Notes under the pieces: generated by a model
The model's database searches: none
Seen by the model: the letters and a program-made list of their open reading frames with translations, nothing else
What the model was told of the DNA's origin: nothing
Origin: Azolla caroliniana
Taxonomy: Eukaryota > Plantae > Polypodiophyta
DNA length: 64,000 nucleotides
Assembly: GCA_043228905.1 (NCBI GenBank)
Contig: JBHGNT010000027.1
Coordinates: 429,058-493,057 of the forward strand
Reading direction: 5' to 3'
Translations under genes and position numbers: made by a program
Part shown: positions 25,505-36,558 of the stretch, piece by piece
How positions within the stretch are numbered: position 1 is the first letter of the stretch
Layout of the letters: each line of letters begins with the position of its first letter

Positions 25505-26384
25505 GCGGGCGGAAGAATGGGCACATGTCATTACAGCAGCGGAAGTGAAACCGGAGACCTGGCGGGAGATTACACCCATTACTGCAAACACTACTAACGA
25601 AAAGGTTGGGCAAGAAGACTCAACGATGAAGCGGCACAAAATAACGTAACGAGGGCTACGAGCAGTACAACAGCTACAGGCTGTATACATTCTAACCATC
25701 CATAGTGTTGGAAGCAAAAACGACGACTATCTCAATTATTGGGGGGAAAGGGGGTATATTTTATTTTGCAAAAAGGGGATCACGGCTTAGCCCAACTCAC
25801 TGCTGGATCTTATAGTAGACCGCTTCTTCAGCCACAATGAATGCATAAATGATGCTGCAAACCAAACCACTGCTAGCCAATATCTTACGACATCCAGGCC
25901 GCAGGTCGATTGGGGGTAAACTTCTGTAGGTCATATCGTTGATTTCTCTAGCGGAAACGATGGCATCATTTTGAGGCTATTTCAATTCGTATTAGTAGCC
26001 TTTTGATCAATTATTGGACTTTTCTTTTTCCGTAGTCGTCGCAACGACCGACAGCGGCGAATGACGGGCGGGAGTATTCTCACCAACAGCCAAGGGAAAG
26101 CCATGGCACTTCAAGCGCTCTTTCGCTATTGACCCTTGCCGCCAGACAAAACTGTAACTACAATAAGAAGTATTTCCGAAAAGCAAGCAGCTTTGGCCTA
26201 TCAGGATCCCGGCCCTTATCTTCCGCATCTTCGGCCGTTGCACCGGCCGGGAAAGTATCCGGAATGTAGGATGATCCGCCTTGTCAGTGGCCGTTCCGCT
26301 TACGGTTATTAGCTTTGGCTAATAACTTACTAAGAGATCATCAACCTGCCTCCCTCGTATGGCAGGGATTGACTAAAGAACTGG

Positions 26385-26497
26385 GCTTGATCTTGGCCCG
26401 GAATGAACGCTAGCAATATGCCTAACACATGCAGCAAGTTGGACGTCGTTTCTGTTCTAATTCTATGGAACAGTTGAAGACGAAGTAGCGAACGAGA
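26385..26497 (+). pseudogene. Degenerate fragment of the rrn18 5' end
   Basis: TTGATCTTGGCCCGGAATGAACGCTAGCAATATGCCTAACACATGC...CAGTTGAAGACGAAGTAGCGAACG resembles the reverse complement of 11150-11250. Confidence 0.75.
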
Positions 26498-26749
26498 AAG
26501 CTAATACGGAATGGATTGTCCTTCTATTTGTAGTAGTTTGTTTCGGTATTCTGGTATCTTTCCTTTGTTCTTCATTATGCGTAAAAGTTCAAGTTCTCTT
26601 CGCTGCAGGATCTGCTCGTCTTTTGCGGATGCGGACCACTTTTCTCTGCCGGTCAAGCACCAAGCTTATCATTGGGGAGGACCCGATGATGGTACGCGGC
26701 TGAACGCCAAAGTGATTTGCGTAACCAGAACTGACAGCTAAGGGCAAGG

Positions 26750-27980
26750 TTACAAGCGGCGAAAAATAGGAATCAGGCATGTTCCATTCGGTGGTTCCGG
26801 TTGCTTAAGACTGGTTTCCCTGATAGCTGAAAGTTCTCCAAAAGTATGAAAAGCTGGAGGGCTTTATACCATCCATTCGAATGTGGTTGAATTCTATTCA
26901 CCAGCCCGAGGACTTAGAGCACACTTGTTCCCACTGCTCGAAGTTTTGAAAACTACTACAAAAGAACGAGGGATCCCCGGTACGAGAACATAAGGGCCGA
27001 AACTACTTGAGGCATTCCGTCCGACGTAAGCATCTGGATAATCAGGGATGCAACATGGCATGCCCGAAGGACCTGGGAGATGCGTGAGAGAGAGAGTCAG
27101 ATTCGCTCCAAGGAAAGTAATCCAAAGATAAATTTAACCCGAAGTCTCTAGGTATTAAAGACCAGGCATTTTACCTATCCGGTAGTAGAACCCTACGAAT
27201 AAAGCAGAAACAGCTCCCGTAAGAAATGCATGATAGGAATATGCAGCCACGTGATAAGTATCATATAGAGCAACGTCTATCCCGAAATTAGCCGAGACTA
27301 TACCAGTAAGTCCTCCTATAGTAAACGGAAAAGTAGACCCTACTGCAAATGACATGAGTGTTTTGTATTATATTGAGCCTCCCCACATGATGGCAATCCG
27401 ACTAGGAACCTTGATTCCAATAAGCACGACAATAATCATGATGGCCGCCGTGAAGTAGGCACGTGTATCCACGTCTGAGCCTACAGTAGACGTATAATAA
27501 GCCCGAGCAGTAAATCCAGGAACTCCAATACTGATCATGGCATACACCGTGCCTGAATAACCGAAGACAGGTTTTCTGGGGAGAGTGGAGACGATATAAC
27601 TAATGATACCAAGTCCTGACGGAATAAAAGTATGAACCTCTAGATAACCGGGGAGCCGAGAAGGATGCTAGTATAAGATAGGGTCCCCTCCTCCAGCAGG
27701 GTCAGAAGAGATGATATTAGAGTTTCAATCGGTTGATGACATGGTAATTGCACCCGCCGGTACGAGAGGAGGTGGTAAAGGTAGGAATGCTGTCACTGAA
27801 ACGAACCGAACGGATAGGGATAATCTATGCATGGTCATTCCGGGTCCGCGCGTGTTAAGGATAATGGTTATAAAATTAATGAAACCTAAAATAAAGAAAA
27901 CACCTGATAGGTAGAGACTAGAAGTGGCTAAATCAACAGCTCCTCCGGAATGACTGGTTATACTACTCAGAGGGGGATAG
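26750..27980 (-). CDS. cox1: Cytochrome c oxidase subunit 1, exon 2
   Basis: [62 protein letters not shown] and SPPAFHTF. Genomic TAA at 26750, or an edited CAA stop at 26801-26803. Confidence 0.95.
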
Positions 27981-29061
27981 CACATATGTTAAATAGCCTC
28001 AGGTTGTGTTTGCCTAATGCTATACGCCATATGTCTCTGTATGGATCGGACTGTACCTTTATCTATCATCCTGTCATGAAGCCTTTCCTTTAGAGAATCC
28101 CTCAGGTCTACTCGAACTTTTCCCGATTATTCTTATGGCGGATGGCCCTTGACCGGAGCTTCAGCTCTAGTGATTTTATACGAATCGCTTTAGAAGAGCT
28201 AACTTGTACCAAGCACTGTCCCACTGTAGACAGTCTTGAATCAATAAGGGCGCGCAAGAAAGAAAAGAAAAGAAGCGGCTTCAGCATGAAGGGCGGGCGG
28301 CTGAGTAAGAATATGTGGCCTTCGTCCCATAGCCCCTGATAAAGGCCAATTCGGCCAACCGCTTCTTCTTCTTCGGTTCGGGAAGCGCCTTGTTTTCTGC
28401 CCTTCCTGTATGAGGTCTCTCTGCCTCTATAAAGCCGGTAAGCCGATCAAGGTCAGCGGCCATACCTCCGAGATTGACACAAGTCTCTAGAAGAGTAGCA
28501 CCCCTTGAATCTTTACGGATGTAGCACTTGTGCCCTATTGAGAGCTGCTGCTTTGGATCTTTTAATACCTGATGGGCTGGCTTTACGAACTCCCTCGCAA
28601 TAGAAATGCTTACTAATCAAGTATGGATATTGACCAAATATAAGAAAAAGCTAGCATCTTTCGATCTGATACACTCCCATGATCTTATGCGCCGCATTGA
28701 CAGACCTTACATTAAGCATCTTCCTGACGTAGTAAAGGATCTGTAGATTGTATTTGCCTTGGGCAAGCAATAGGGAGACTCAGGTTGTACTCGCGTCTTA
28801 GAGCACGATGCTGCCTGCTGAAGCAGCTCACACCCACAAGCTATCCGCAGAGTGATAGATATTCCGCATTGAGTCTCTGATGGGAGGGAAGATTCGCCCT
28901 CCCAGGCAGGTTGTCCCCTTGTGGGAAAGGTTTTTGCATATAGCAGTTTGGATTTTGTTGAAGGCCTGCGGCCCGGCTTAGCCTTTTTTTCTGTAGCGAG
29001 GACGTTCCTGCATCGAGCGGAATTACTGTTCCCTATGTCTCCACAGGGCACGGCCTTTTTA
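27981..29061 (-). other. Group I intron cox1i395g1
   Basis: Splits GTGWTV|YPPL exactly 395 nt from the homologous start; the exon ends in U and the intron ends in G; no intact homing endonuclease ORF seen. Confidence 0.88.
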
Positions 29062-29456
29062 ACCGTCCACCCAGTGCCACTACCCACCTCTACTGAGGCT
29101 AAACTTGATGAAAGCAACAGCAAAGATGACGACAACCGAAATAGAATATTATTTAATCATAGAAATGCCGTGTCAGGTGCACCTGTAAGAATCAGAACGA
29201 ACCGGTTACCGAATCCACCTGTCATCGCCAGCGTAACCGGAAGGGATGTCGTTAAAGAAGCGTAAGCGATTATTAACACATTATAAGGTTAATGATTTCC
29301 ACCAGGAATTTAATGGCCGGGTTATGCTGATTCCATACAGATTAGTACTAAGAGGCGTGTGCCCATTACTCCAGCCGTGACACCAAAGATTGAGTGTAGA
29401 GTACCTATATCTTTGTAGTTCGTAGAAAATAGCCATCTTTACACGAAACGGTTTGT
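29062..29456 (-). CDS. cox1: Cytochrome c oxidase subunit 1, exon 1 (no ATG/ACG at the homologous start; possible upstream start at 29738)
   Basis: (Q)RWLFSTN.KDIGTL, AGVMGT, GGN.(Q).YNV, GGFGN.FV..L.GAPD.AF and [11 protein letters not shown]. Confidence 0.93.
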
Positions 29457-30381
29457 ACATGAAAGAGTCTTGGCTACTATAATCAATGTAAGGGAGATGA
29501 ATCCTATTGCAAATACAATCGGAATGAAGAAATCCTAAAATCCAATAATCAGTTCCACAACCGAAGAGACTTCTAGATCTTTCAGGATTTCTAGGCCACC
29601 CGAAAGATCGGGTAGTGTATTCTACGACAGATTGAGGAGCACCTGCGGGAACAACTCTTCGTTGTTATTTTAAAGAGTTGCGATGTCCTCGTGCAATTCG
29701 GTCTATAATCTTTCTAAGCTGTTTATGACTATGGGCATGTCTTATCCAATCTGTTTCTTTTCCTCGGTGCTTTATACCTAGGGCAGTCTCCTGCATTCAT
29801 GGCAGTTCCTATGGTTGCAAAAACAACAAGGAGTCGGTTCCCGTATATACCCGGCTTTTCTTGTATGCTTTCGGCAAGCAAAAAAAACGCTAGCGGGCCT
29901 ACCACGCTTCGCGCCTGCGTCTTTGCCAGACAGTATTTGCCAGTAGTGCCATCCCACCCGACCTGAGGATTTAGTTTGTCCCTTGCTAAAATATCTTTGA
30001 AGAACTTGTACTGATTTTCCAGGTCGGTCCTCGCGAGCGGATATGGGCCCTAGAGGATGGTGTAGAAACTCTCTGCCCGTAAGTCGTGCCTGAAAGCGGT
30101 TCATCCGGGTGAAGCCGGCGGCGAGGAATTGACTGGTGCTGCGTTCACTGCTTGCTCGAAGGCCCGTATCCGCGCAGGCAGTAAGCAACAGATTGGTTCG
30201 TAACAAAAACAGCTTAGAAAAGAAAAAGAATAAAGTTATTTCCTATTAAACTAGTGATTGTAAAGAAAAAAATCCTTCACAACGCCAAGGTATTTTAGCA
30301 AGACACTACATAAGACTTTCGCCCTGGATGATATATGGGTTCTCATGAGAAAGAATGGTCGGTTTCCTTTTAATGAAGTAA

Positions 30382-30503
30382 AATCCACACCTTGACGCCC
30401 GGAATCCCGTAACGAGTGAATGTTTATTAGGAACCGAACTGATGGGCTTTCCCTAAAGTAACACCAAAAGTCTACCTCCTTTCGTGCGTCCTTCGCCTCC
30501 TCC
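30382..30503 (-). pseudogene. Mosaic of short rps3 3' and rpl2 3' fragments (also at 49183-49304)
   Basis: AATCCACACCTTGACGCCCGG..AACGAGTGAAT matches 17166-17205; GGGCTTTCCC..CCTTCGCCTCCTCC matches 21061-21120. Confidence 0.8.
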
Positions 30504-31762
30504 TAAATAAATTCACTTTCTCTAAAGTAGCCCAATGGATTGTTAACAAGTTCTACGATATACTTATCTTCAAGCCAACCAAGTACTTTAGCACCTTATT
30601 GCATACATGTTCGAACTCAACTCCAGGTCGCGTATAATCACTCTCATTGCAATCAACCATGGCTACTCCAATATTAATTAATTTTGGCTTTCTTTCTATA
30701 AACTTTCGTTCCAGCCAGGGAAACGGTGAAGGATAGTGATTTACGGCATGACTGTACAGTTTAGCCGTCACCACTTGTAATTTGAGTCGATAGCCAAACA
30801 CGGATTATGCCCTCTACGCAGACAGAGAACCGCCCAACCTAGCTGCGCAAATTGCTTGCTTGCTTGCTTGCTTGCTTGCCCCCTTCTTGCGGATGCGGAA
30901 GAACTTGCTTGCTGCTAAGTTTTATTAGCGCAGGTGAAGGCCTTTCCGCTGTCTGTGAGGCGGATAACGGGCAATCTCACTCATTGCGCTGTTTTATTGA
31001 CTTCGCCACGGCACCACTTTTTTGGCGGATAAACGGCCTTCATGCTGCCGTTAGTCGAGGCGGCCCGATGAACCAGTGCAGCAGAAAAGAATTTCGGTTA
31101 TAGAATGGCCGGTCTCTTTCACTTGCTTCTGATCAAAGGCCGGCAGAGAAGTAGCCGTACAGATAGCATAGGCTGCGGCCTATTCTTGCAGAGAAAACAA
31201 CTTCGAGAATGATAACCCGTAGGTACCGGTGGGTTCGATCAGTCCCTGGAGTTCGCTAGGTGATATCTATACGGCAAGGAGGATATGAAGCTATCCCTAC
31301 GGAATCCAATCCCTGTGGTCCTAGATCGGTCCCGAAGCACTAGTCCGGTACCTGCTGCAATCAGTCCCTATGGTACTTGCTGCAACCAGTCCCGAACCCA
31401 AAGGTTTGCTACGCTGCCGCTGTAGGCATAGTTGGTACCGATGTTCACTGAGATTGGGAATCCCCGCTTCGTGCTGATCGTATCGTATTCTCTTCGCTTA
31501 TTGCAGCTGTGGTAATCGAGGCTTTGCTTTGTATTCTCGAAGTACGAACGCTAGCTGATCGCTTCGTATCCTTTCAACCGTTGAGGAGCTGCAACTGCTT
31601 GGCGTTGTCTATGGCCATGATTGTATCGCGGTTGGTTCGGGCGGGAATCAATCAAATCGCCACTTTTCACGCGCCCGCCGGTTCATCCCGGAGGAACCGC
31701 ACAGGAGTAATTCAGACTGTTTCTCTAGTCAATTTCGCGTGACCGTAAGACGCAATTCTGCA

Positions 31763-31834
31763 AGCGGAAAAAGGGACTCGAACCCTCAACTCCAGCCTTG
31801 GCAAGGCTATACTCTACCATTAAGCTATTTCCGC
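31763..31834 (-). tRNA. trnG: tRNA-Gly(GCC), copy 1
   Basis: GCGGAAATAGCTTAATGGTAGAGTATAGCCTT-GCC-AAGGCTGGAGTTGAGGGTTCGAGTCCCTTTTTCCGCT. Confidence 0.95.
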
Positions 31835-31973
31835 CAGCGGAACCAGAGCCGAGTGCGGTTCTTCCCCCGTAGAGAAAGCGCTATAGCTTTCGGGGGAAGA
31901 ACCGCAATGAAGACTTCATTGCGGTTCCCTTGGAACTATTGACTTGAGACTTCGATGACTCATCGATAGGTCC

Positions 31974-32032
31974 ATGCCCGGAGAGATTCGAACTATCCCG
32001 GATTCGAAGTTTGGTGCTCGAGCTACAGGCAC
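31974..32032 (-). pseudogene. Internally deleted trnR-like remnant (also ~50775-50833)
   Basis: GTGCCTGTAGCTCGAGCACCAAACT-TCG-AATCCGGGATAGTTCGAATCTCTCCGGGCATG keeps the acceptor and T arms but lacks the D loop. Confidence 0.4.
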
Positions 32033-32577
32033 AAGTTGACCTTACAGACCGAACAGAGGCTAGTAAAATCTAACGCTTAGCTTAGAAGGTCGTAAGATCA
32101 GACCAGACTTCGCCCGGAAAACGAACGTAAAGCATTGAAAGAGCGTTGCTTAGTGGCTGGCTTTGGCCGCCTTTACGACCCAAAGACGAATCTCCGGGTC
32201 CCAGCTTATTATCCTGCAATGTTACGGATTGACTGTTACTGGTGCTAGGTAAGGAGTTTCAGTTTTGGGCGTCACTTTCGAAATATCTCGAGTAATGGGT
32301 TCATGTGAGTGCATGAACAATCCAACTACTCTACTAGGCTGCTTCCCGCCCTGTTTCGCAGCTTGCTCCCCTTCGGCGGCACGGCACGGCACGGCACGGC
32401 ACGGCACGGCACGGCACGCACGCACCTGTCTTCCCGCATTCCGTCCGCTGAGCGCAAAGCGTCGACAAAGAAAGCAGCTACCTTTTCATTATTATACTGT
32501 AATCCCAGCGCAAACAAAAAAACTGCCATGAATATCGAGAACGGAACAAGAAGCCACAACGAAATCAAGTCAAGTCT

Positions 32578-32877
32578 ACGGAAGCTTAATCCGTTTGTTC
32601 TTCGTAAACAATTGGATACAAAGTCAGTACTAACCCATAAGGCTCTGTTTCAGATTCAAAACTAGGGTTCAGCTATGAGATTTGACTCTAGGTCACGCCT
32701 TCGGTTTGTGTTTTCCGCTTGAAACATAATATCACTCGTTGTACCGGAACGGATCCCTGAAAAGTTACTTAATCCGCTGTTAGCGTCAAAAATTGTAAAC
32801 CCCCTGAAGTTCATAAAGGAAGAGGTATAAAATATTGAAATGAAATTATACGTAGAAAACAAGGAGAAAAGAAACAA
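32578..32877 (+). CDS. rpl6: Ribosomal protein L6 (ACG start; predicted CAA>UAA stop)
   Basis: (M)EA, IGYK.STNP(Q)GS, KLGFS.EI(R)L(Q)VT, CTG.D..KVT(Q), CKPPEV.KGRGI.Y(R)NEII.RKQG. Confidence 0.9.
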
Positions 32878-32880
32878 ATC

Positions 32881-33243
32881 GCGTCATATATTCCAGGAAC
32901 CAAATCAGTTTCCAATAAATAAGTCAGACTTGCCTCAACCTAAATCTCCGGAACTGGACCCAAAAAAGCCACTTGGGTTTGTGATTAATCAGGTCCCGGC
33001 GATAACACTAAGGTTAGTAATCTGACTCGGCACTAAATTGACCAGATTAGCATAATAGTACGTTGAAACAATTTCCTAGTTGATTCGGAATTAAAGAGAG
33101 AAATTTAGTAATATATCAAATGATTAATTAATATCAGCCGTTACCGCGGATTCCGTCACAAAGCAGGATTGCCATTACGTGGTTAATGAACCTACAGCAA
33201 TGTTAAGATCTGTCGCAAGTCAAGAAAAGTTTCAATCAATCAA
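32881..33243 (+). CDS. rps13: Ribosomal protein S13 (start position is GCG, possibly edited to GUG; predicted CAA stop)
   Basis: SYI.GT...NK(Q)VRLA.T(Q)I.G.GPKKA, ELKREI, YRGFRH.AGLPLRG(Q)(R)T..N.K.CRK. Confidence 0.9.
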
Positions 33244-33341
33244 CGAAAGAAGAATAATTCGTTTTTCATTCACAAAAATGAGAGAAGGCAAGACGCCAGG
33301 AAGAAAACGAAACCGAAGGAATAGAAATGAAGAATACAATT

Positions 33342-33773
33342 ATGTAAAAGCAGCCTTCTGAACACTAGTAATAGTAGCCGCGCCGCTAACAGAAATGGGG
33401 AAAACACCACTAAAAGCCAAGAAAGCACCACGGTATTGCCCATACTTAACCAACTTTTAGTAATACTTTCATTATCATAATAAATTGCAAGGGAGATGAA
33501 AGAACAGGGTCCTCCTCAGGTTGTTCAAGAGGGTTTAAGGGTTTCCGTCGCTCGGACAAGTATGCAGCTTAAGCAACTGCGGAACGTGTCGCGTAAGCTG
33601 CCACTTAACCCGAAATTAGGTCAGTTGAAGTGAAAATAAAAGGAATTGGTCTTGTAAGAAAGGGATTTTCGCCGAAAAGTTCAAAAGAGGGAGGTCCTGT
33701 TACTATCAGAATTCACGACGTAATCCCAATGCTACATAATGGATGCTGACCCCCTAAAAAACGTCGTGTCTAA
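33342..33773 (+). CDS. rps11: Ribosomal protein S11 (start at 33342 or 33327)
   Basis: HGIAH.(Q).TFSNT, GFKG.RRS..YAA(Q)ATAE, VEVKIKGIG and I.DV.P..HNGC(R)PPKKRRV*. Confidence 0.9.
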
Positions 33774-34354
33774 ATACCACCATAGAGCTATTTGTCTCTA
33801 CTCACCAACGTCAGAAGGTTTGGATTGGTCCTACAGCCCAGCAGGTCATGGAAGGCTTGGCTCGAGCAAGGCGAAGGAATAAACCCGAATAGAGCAGCGA
33901 AGCGGGGAGATGGAATGGAAAAAGTCGACTCAAATTAGAATAATTGCAGTTTAGTTAATACCTTACTCGTCTATTCGTTCATCCAATTTCTCCATACGAC
34001 AAATATCCATTTTTTTTTGCCAATCGATCGAAAGAGTCGGCTCCGCGAAAGGTAGTTGCACTGCGGGGCTCACTCTGGAATTTGATCCTATGATTTAGAG
34101 CTATGTGGATGCCCTCCCTCCGCGTAGTCCCTCACCTTTCAGTTGTATATATCTATTTCTCTCCGTCTCTGCATAGCTACGGATACACGGCTTTAGCGCT
34201 TCATTCACCCAGTCTATTCTGTCAAAACTTACTTTCTTTATAATGCAAACCAACACTGGGGGAAGGTCCGATCCCTCCCCTCTATATCAATGACATGGTT
34301 CACCTCGTCGTGAGGTTACTTCCCTTTCCCATCTCTTTCTTGCTAGGAACTGCC

Positions 34355-34790
34355 ATGAATGCAGGAGACTGCCCTGGGTATAAAGTGCCGAGGAAAGGGA
34401 TTCGACGGAAGAGAAAGGGAACGAGATTGTTTAAAGCTAGAGCAACGGAATAACCATCTACTATCTCGGAAGAAAGAATTACCAACTATCACACCAAATT
34501 GCCAGTGGATGAGATCGGTTGAGTGGTATCGGTTGGGGATGGAATTGCACGTGTTTATGGATCGAACAAGATTCAAGCAGGAGAAATGGTAGAATTCGCC
34601 AGCGGTGTGAAAGGAATGGCTTCGAATTCTGAGAATGAGAATGTAGGAATTGTTATATCCGGTAGTGATACCGCCATTAAAGAAGGAGATATGGTCAAGC
34701 GCACTGGATCTATTGTGGACGTTCTTGTAGGAAAGGCCATGCCGGGTTGTGTAGTTGATGCGTTAGGAGTACTCATTGATGGAAAAGGTG
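34355..34790 (+). CDS. atp1: ATP synthase subunit alpha, exon 1 only (remainder not in window)
   Basis: VDEIG(R)[31 protein letters not shown]...[20 protein letters not shown]...DGKG, followed by an intron at position 361. Confidence 0.93.
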
Positions 34791-35410
34791 GGGCGGCCGT
34801 TAGATCATCTGCGGTCGAAAAAGGTTGCATACAGGCATGAGACTAACCAGAACCCGCGAAGGGAGGCCGAGACCATAGCATGTCGCAAAAGAAAGCACGA
34901 TTGAAGGCAAAGCGGACGAATGAAAATCATCGTGCAGCCCGGTAGTTTGGTGAAAGATGAGGCCGAAAGCAGCAAATCGGAGTCTTTTTCGGGTGACCAT
35001 GCCCTATTCGTTCGTTCGACGTGTTGCCAGATAGACGCGGATATGCTCCCTGCCTGCTATAGGCACATTATGGTCAGGCCCGATTGAGTGCCACTTCTCC
35101 CGCCCGTAAACGAAAGTTTACAGCAAGCATGAGAGCGGATTACCTATCTATTCTATTGGGGACGGAAGACTGAACGACATCCCGGCAAGCCAAGCAAAGT
35201 GGGACCTTTCAACTCTTATCTTATTATGGTCCCAACCATCCGCAGGTAAAACCGGCGAGATCTTCGGCGGGAGGAAAGCCCCGGAAAGAAGTCAGAGGGC
35301 CCATACCACCTGCCTACCCTCCTAAGGCGGAACCGGCACTTGGTGAATGCCAAGTAGAAAACGGGAAGGAGCCTATGCATTTGTCATGCCCGGAGTTCGA
35401 AACAGAATAA
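34791..35410 (+). other. 5' portion (domain I to start of domain IV) of group II intron atp1i361g2; no domain V/VI follows
   Basis: Starts GGGCGGCCG; 35253-35386 is nearly identical to rps3i249g2; then an abrupt junction into repeat R1. Confidence 0.8.
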
Positions 35411-35472
35411 CGAAAAGGCAAGCAAGTTTTACCTGACTTAACTGAAAAGCCTAGAAGTGTTTGTAATGCACA

Positions 35473-35546
35473 GCATCCTTAGCTCAGTCGGATAGAGCAA
35501 CAACCTTCTAAGTTGAAGGTCACAGGTTCAAGTCCTGTAGGATGCG
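35473..35546 (+). tRNA. trnR: tRNA-Arg(UCU), copy 3
   Basis: Identical to 6464-6537. Confidence 0.93.
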
Positions 35547-35880
35547 GAAAGTGCACATTAGATTATATACCTACGGAATGCTTTGCCCTTGTTCAGGGCG
35601 GGCTAGCGGGTTCTTCCTTTCAACCGAACCTGCATCATGCTTCGGTCACTTTTCGCTATATTGGTATATGGGATTACTTGCCCCTTTTCACTTCTTTTTA
35701 AACAGCCATGATTATAAAGAACCAATCTCAGATTTTTATGAAACCCTGCCTGAACTGAACTTTATCATGGCTTGCAGTCCACTTGAATAATTTGCTACTG
35801 TTCTATCAGTTTTCAAACGGATACATAGATTTTGAACATCGAAGAAAGAAAGCATATTATGCGCCGCTCTACCGTATGAA

Positions 35881-36558
35881 ATGGAAAAAGGAAAGAAAGA
35901 GTATTATTCCAAAAAGGAAAAGAAAGTCATTTTTTAAAGATTACCGAATACAAGCGCACATTCGGGCTATTAGGGACCCCCAACTCCATATTATTAAAGA
36001 TATTTATACGGATTTAGACGCGGAAGGGCTATTATTGATTTGGAAAAAACACTTTTATTCTTGAAGATTGCTTGTAATGCGATTGGATCTATCATTCGTA
36101 AGGAGGGCCATTTATTGTTGGTGAATATTGATCTTTTGTACGATGACACAATGAAAAAAATGGCGAGAAGGACCAATTAAAGTCATATCAATTCCAAATG
36201 GATTGGTGGTTTCTTAATCAATTGGGAACATATGAAACATGAAGAACGCTTTAAGTATTCATCCACGTGGCGGCATTCTAGTCTACGTTTTTTAAAGATG
36301 TAAAGATATTTCGAAGGACTGATAACATGCTAAATTTCAGATAGTTTAGTTATACCGAATGCACGTAAAGATTTCATAGCTATATTTGAAGCTAATTGAT
36401 CATGAATATTTATTGCATTCCTGGTGGATTCTACTCTCCTAGAGGGATTACATAGGTTAGTTATTTATCTCATTCTGGTAAATAATGATTCCGTGTGGTT
36501 CACAAATCCATTTTGCTAATTGGTCACGAAAATAGTCATTCATTCGAAAAAGGCTTGA
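35881..36558 (+). CDS. rps2: Ribosomal protein S2, copy 2 (alternative nad9-derived start at 35767)
   Basis: Identical to 6872-7549. Confidence 0.85.

Larger units (their letters stand above)
29441..32812 (+). repeat. ~3.4-kb direct repeat R4, copy 1 (cox1/cox3 upstream region, trnG-GCC, most of rpl6); copy 2 at 48242-51613
   Basis: Identical ORF track at offset 18801. Confidence 0.95.

Noticed and set aside
28707-29061. In-frame ORF running from cox1 exon 1 into the group I intron as a homing endonuclease
   Set aside because: No LAGLIDADG or GIY-YIG motif recognised; short and closed early.
31230-31400. Recurrent CAGTCCC units resembling a CRISPR array
   Set aside because: The units are short, degenerate and irregularly spaced, in an organellar context with no cas genes.
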